Below are positions 60,184 through 64,000 of a DNA stretch of 64,000 nucleotides, one piece after another. The stretch comes from an uncultured Gemmataceae bacterium (GTDB lineage Bacteria; Planctomycetota; Planctomycetia; Gemmatales; Gemmataceae): the NCBI GenBank assembly GCA_963750165.1, contig CAVVPN010000010.1, positions 233,420 through 297,419 of the forward strand, written 5' to 3'. The first letter of the stretch is position 1, and each line of letters starts with the position of its first letter. The notes below the pieces were generated by a model. That model searched no databases. It was not told the DNA's origin and saw nothing but the letters and a program-made list of their open reading frames with translations. Made by a program: the position numbers and the translations under genes.

Positions 60184-60768
60184 ATGCACTACGACTTCAT
60201 CGCCATCCCGGACGCCGACGTGCCCCAGGCCGTCGAGCCGGTCTTCCAGCACGTCGTCACCACCTACGCCAGCGAGGCGAACAAGACCGTCAGCGTGTGG
60301 CGATCCGTGCCGGACGGGCTGCTCGACTTCAAGCCGCACGAGAAGACCAACCCGATCCGCACGATCCTGGTCCACCAACTTCTTTCGGAGCGGCGCTTCT
60401 TCGCTCAGTTCGTCGGCACCCAGGAGCCGCCCGTTGAAGAACTCCTCCCTCCTGGCGAGAAGCCCGTCGTTCAGGCGTACATCGAGAAGTACGTCTGGCT
60501 GGTGAAGCAACGGCTGCCGCAGTTGGCGCAGGGCACCGCCGCCTGGTGGCTGGAGAGCCGGCCCTTCTTCGGCGGCTTGCAACGGGAACGGATATGGGTG
60601 TTCTGGCGGCGGGTCTTGCACACCTGCCACCACCGGACCCAGGTGCAGACGTGGCTGCGGCTGGCCGGGCACGAGCCGGTCCCGGCCATCTACGGCCCTT
60701 CTGGCGACGTGAAGTGGGACGAGGCCGACCCCACCTACTCGCTGGAGGCGGCGAAGCGTGGCGGTTGA
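60184..60768 (+). CDS. DinB family protein
   Basis: HQLLSE...HTCHHRTQ...IYGPS. Confidence 0.88.
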   Translation: MHYDFIAIPDADVPQAVEPVFQHVVTTYASEANKTVSVWRSVPDGLLDFKPHEKTNPIRTILVHQLLSERRFFAQFVGTQEPPVEELLPPGEKPVVQAYIEKYVWLVKQRLPQLAQGTAAWWLESRPFFGGLQRERIWVFWRRVLHTCHHRTQVQTWLRLAGHEPVPAIYGPSGDVKWDEADPTYSLEAAKRGG

Positions 60769-60823
60769 TCGCCTACCTTGCTACGCCCGAATTGTCAAAG
60801 AATCGGCTTGACTCCTGCCGATA

Positions 60824-60836
60824 GTTGCATATACAA
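60824..60836. promoter_or_regulatory. MarR operator (identical copy at 61346-61358)
   Basis: GTTGCATATACAA upstream of both the MarR gene and its downstream gene. Confidence 0.8.
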
Positions 60837-60865
60837 TTAATGTGACAGCAAGGAGCCGCACGATC

Positions 60866-61318
60866 ATGGACAAAGCCACGAACAGCAACATCGACACGAT
60901 CTCCAAGACGTGCATCGCCGTGCGCCTGCGGCTGCTGAACCGGGTCGTGACGAACTTCTACGACGACGCCCTGCGCCCGCTGGGCCTGAAGGTCAGCCAG
61001 TTGAACATCCTGATCGTGACCGCCCGCCTCGGCCTCGCCCGGCCCGCCCAGGTCTGCGAGATTCTGCAACTCGATGCGTCCACCCTGAGCCGCAACGTCA
61101 AGCCGTTGCAGGCCCACGGCTGGCTGGAGGTCGTGCCGGAAGAAGATGCCCGTGCCCAGCCCTTCCGCTTAACGTCCCAGGGAAGGCGGCTGATCGAGAA
61201 GGCGGTGCCGGCCTGGGAGCAGGCCCAGCGCCAGGCCACCGAACTGCTGGGGAGCGAAGGGGTTGCCTTGCTCGACAAAGCCGCCAAGAAGGTGGGCGGG
61301 CCGGGTGGCAAACGCTGA
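60866..61318 (+). CDS. MarR family regulator
   Basis: TCIAVRLR...YDDALRPLGL...DASTLSRN...LTSQG. Confidence 0.9.
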   Translation: MDKATNSNIDTISKTCIAVRLRLLNRVVTNFYDDALRPLGLKVSQLNILIVTARLGLARPAQVCEILQLDASTLSRNVKPLQAHGWLEVVPEEDARAQPFRLTSQGRRLIEKAVPAWEQAQRQATELLGSEGVALLDKAAKKVGGPGGKR

Positions 61319-61375
61319 TCCGTCCGGTGTTTTTTTCGAGACATGGTTGCATATACAAATACAAGGGGCGTCATC

Positions 61376-62723
61376 ATGAACCTCGCCGAACATCCGACCG
61401 TGCGGCGCTTCCACGAAAACCAGGAGAAACGCCCCGGCATCGCCGAGCCGCCAAAACCCCTTGATGCGGCCTGGCTCCGTCAGCTTTGCCTCGACTGCGG
61501 GGCCGACGACGCCGGGCTGGTCGAAATCAGCCGTCCCGCCCTGGACGACCAGCGAGGCGACATCTTGCGTGTGTTTCCTGCGACCAAGACGCTCCTCAGC
61601 TTCGTCTGTCGCATGAACCGGGAGCCGATCCGCAGCCCCGCCCGCTCGGTGGCGAACCTCGAATTCCACCACACCGGAGATCACGTCAATGAGATCGCCC
61701 GCAAGATCGTGGCGACCCTGGAGCGCCAGGGCGTTCGGGCGCTGAACCCGGCGATGGGCTTCCCGATGGAGATGGATCGCTTTCCGGGTGGCAAGATTTG
61801 GGTGGTGTCGCACAAGCCGGTCGCCGTCGCTGCTGGCCTGGGGCACATGGGCATTCACCGCAACGTCATCCACCCCAGGTTCGGCAACTTCATCCTGCTG
61901 GGGACCGTCCTGATCGGTGCCGAAGCAACCGCCTACGACCAGCCGATCTCGTACAACCCGTGCCTGGAATGCAAACTCTGCGTGGCGGCGTGCCCGGTCG
62001 GAGCCATCGCCCCGAACGGAGACTTCAACTTCTCGGCCTGCTACACGCACAACTACCGGGAGTTCATGGGCGGCTTCACCGATTGGGTCGAGCAGATCGC
62101 CGACAGCAAGGACGCCCTGGACTACCGCAAGAAGGTGTCCGACCCGGAATCGGCGTCGATGTGGCAAAGCCTCTCCTTCGGGCCGAATTACAAGGCGGCG
62201 TACTGCCTGAGCGTCTGCCCGGCTGGGGAAGAGGTCATCGGCCCCTATCTCACCGACAAGGCCGGGCATCTGCGGGAGGTCGTTCGTCCGTTGCAAGAGA
62301 AGCAAGAGACGGTTTACGTCGTTCCCGGCTCGGACGCCGAGGAGCATGTGGCCCGCCGCTTCCCCCTCAAGACGATCAAGCGAGTCGGGAACGGACTGCG
62401 GCCTCCGGACCATCCAGCGCTTCTTGTCGGGCTTGCCTCTGGTGTTTCAGCCAGGAAAGGCGGCGAAGTTGAACGCCGTCTATCACTTCACCTTCACCGG
62501 CAAGGAGGAAAAACAGGCGACTGTCACGATCCGGAACGGCACCTTGCAGGTCCAGGACGGTCATCAGGGCGAGGCCGACCTGCGAGTGACCGCCGACAGC
62601 GAGACATGGCTGGGCTTCCTGGCGAAAGAGCGAAGCCTGCTGTGGGCCTTGCTGCGCAGGCGCATCCGCATCAAGGGGTCGCCGAAGCTGCTCGTGGCCT
62701 TCGGCAAGTGTTTTCCGTCATGA
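61376..62723 (+). CDS. QueG/reductive-dehalogenase-like 4Fe-4S protein fused to SCP2, frameshifted near 62403
   Basis: SHKPVAVAAGLG, CLECKLCVAACP, YCLSVCP; SCP2-like C-terminus (YHFTFTG...ADLRVTAD...IRIKG). Confidence 0.8.
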
Positions 62724-62775
62724 GAGAGCGTTTCGCCCTCGGTTTCAACCAAATTCATCAACACAGGAGCAAGAC

Positions 62776-63526
62776 ATGAACACGTTCACGAACAAGGTCG
62801 TCGTCGTCACGGGCGGCAACAGCGGGATGGGCCTGGCAGCCGCCCAGGAGTTCAGCCGGCGTGGTGCCAAGGTCGTCATCAGCGGTCGGGACGAGAAGAC
62901 GCTGGCCGCAGCCGCAGCGTCCATTGGCGGCGACACGCTGGCCGTGCGTGCGGACGTGGCTCGGCTCGGTGATCTCGACGATCTCTTCGCCCGCACCAAG
63001 AAGAAGTTCGGCTCCATCGACGTGCTGTTCGTCAAACGCCGGGATCGCCAAGTTCGCCCCGTTCGAGCAGACCACCGAGGCGATGCACGACGAAATCCTG
63101 GACATCAACTTCAAGGGGGCATTCTTCACGGTCCAGAAGGCGCTGCCGCTGCTCAAGGACGGCGGGGCCATCGTCATCAACACGTCCGTCGCTGCCGGGA
63201 AATCCATGCCGAACGGCAGCGTCTATGCGGCGAGCAAGGCGGCGCTGCGGTCGCTGACCCGGACGCTGGCGGCGGAACTGCTCGGTCGAAGAATCCGGGT
63301 GAACGCCGTCGCTCCCGGCCCGATTGCAACGCCCATTTTCGGCAGGAACGACGCCACCCCCGAAGCGGCGAAGCAGTTGGCGGACGGCTTCGCCCAGCAT
63401 GTGCCCATGAAGCGCCTGGGTGAGTCGGAAGAGGTCGCCAAGGCCGTGATCTTCCTCGCCTCCGACGATGCGTCGTACATCACCGGCGTCGAACTCAACA
63501 TCGACGGCGGCATGGGCCAACTGTGA
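62776..63526 (+). CDS. SDR family oxidoreductase, frameshifted near 63035
   Basis: TGGNSGMG, NAG, YAASK, IRVNAVAPG, DGG. Confidence 0.9.
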
Positions 63527-63615
63527 GCGACCGAAGCATCCCCGGAAGCAGAATTCTCCTGCCGAGTTTTCAGCGGTCATGGACGAATCGGTTCGATTCT
63601 GAAAGGAGAGAAACG

Positions 63616-64000
63616 ATGCTGAACGACAAGACGGTGCGGGGCACCAACTTCACCTGTGTCCACGCCGGCCCGAAGGAGGGATGGACGGAATTCCGCCTGG
63701 AGCCGCCCGACGTTCCAAGGCCAGCCAAGGGCAAGATGTTTCTGCGGAACCTCCTGGGGTCGGCGGGCCTGGAAATGTCGCTGAACGTGGTCCCGCCCGG
63801 CAAGGGCATTCCCTTCCTGCACAAGCACCAGCAGAACGACGAAGTTTACGTCATCGTCGGAGGCCGGGGCCAGTTTCTCGTGGATGACGAGTGCATCGAC
63901 GTGGCGGAAGGCTCGGCCCTGCGCCTCGGCCCGACTGGCGGCACGGGCCTGGCGGAACAACTCCGATGCGCCGTTGTACTTCCTGTGCCTCCAGTACCGG
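63616..64000 (+). CDS. Cupin domain protein (runs off window; apparent frameshift near 63930)
   Basis: RBS AAGGAG; PFLHKHQQNDEVY...G.G.F.VD. Confidence 0.75.
   Translation, partial: MLNDKTVRGTNFTCVHAGPKEGWTEFRLEPPDVPRPAKGKMFLRNLLGSAGLEMSLNVVPPGKGIPFLHKHQQNDEVYVIVGGRGQFLVDDECIDVAEGSALRLGPTGGTGLAEQLRCAVVLPVPPVP

Larger units (their letters stand above)
32810..64000. mobile_element. Genomic island / integrative element (right end outside the window or not recognised)
   Basis: Integrase plus excisionase-like genes at the left end; IS3, IS630; dense short cargo genes and gene fragments; left boundary approximate. Confidence 0.7.

Noticed and set aside
35200..64000. Integron cassette array
   Set aside because: No repeated attC-like sites were seen between genes and the integrase lacks IntI features

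Overview
High-GC bacterial DNA that looks like Planctomycetota (Gemmataceae-like). This is inferred from DUF1501, DUF4058 paralogues, a PQQ-propeller/c-type-heme protein and REP-like hairpins. About 1-32.8 kb is mostly chromosomal backbone (M28 peptidase, thrS, M20 amidohydrolase, transketolase, sulfurtransferase, cbiET, 2-oxoacid dehydrogenase E1a/E1b/E2). It carries small accessory inserts: a PARIS-like ABC-ATPase/TOPRIM pair, a 123-bp ISL3-type MITE, and a three-gene radical SAM/SPASM RiPP cluster whose precursor has nine FxN motifs. From about 32.8 kb to the window end lies a genomic island: a tyrosine integrase, two excisionase-like HTH genes, IS3 and IS630 copies, and many short stress and redox modules. 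These include ArsR-rhodanese-CoA-persulfide reductase, Rrf2-globin-qNOR-hemerythrin, TetR-AhpD and MarR-4Fe4S/SCP2, each with a visible operator. The strongest unannotated signal is a micro-ORF at 43481-43660 in the persulfide operon. It has an in-frame UGA followed by a SECIS-like hairpin and MSGTC, and its read-through stop overlaps the next gene's start, so it is a candidate new membrane selenoprotein. Several genes have single frameshifts that may be sequencing errors. All family calls come from motif recognition; no database searches were run.
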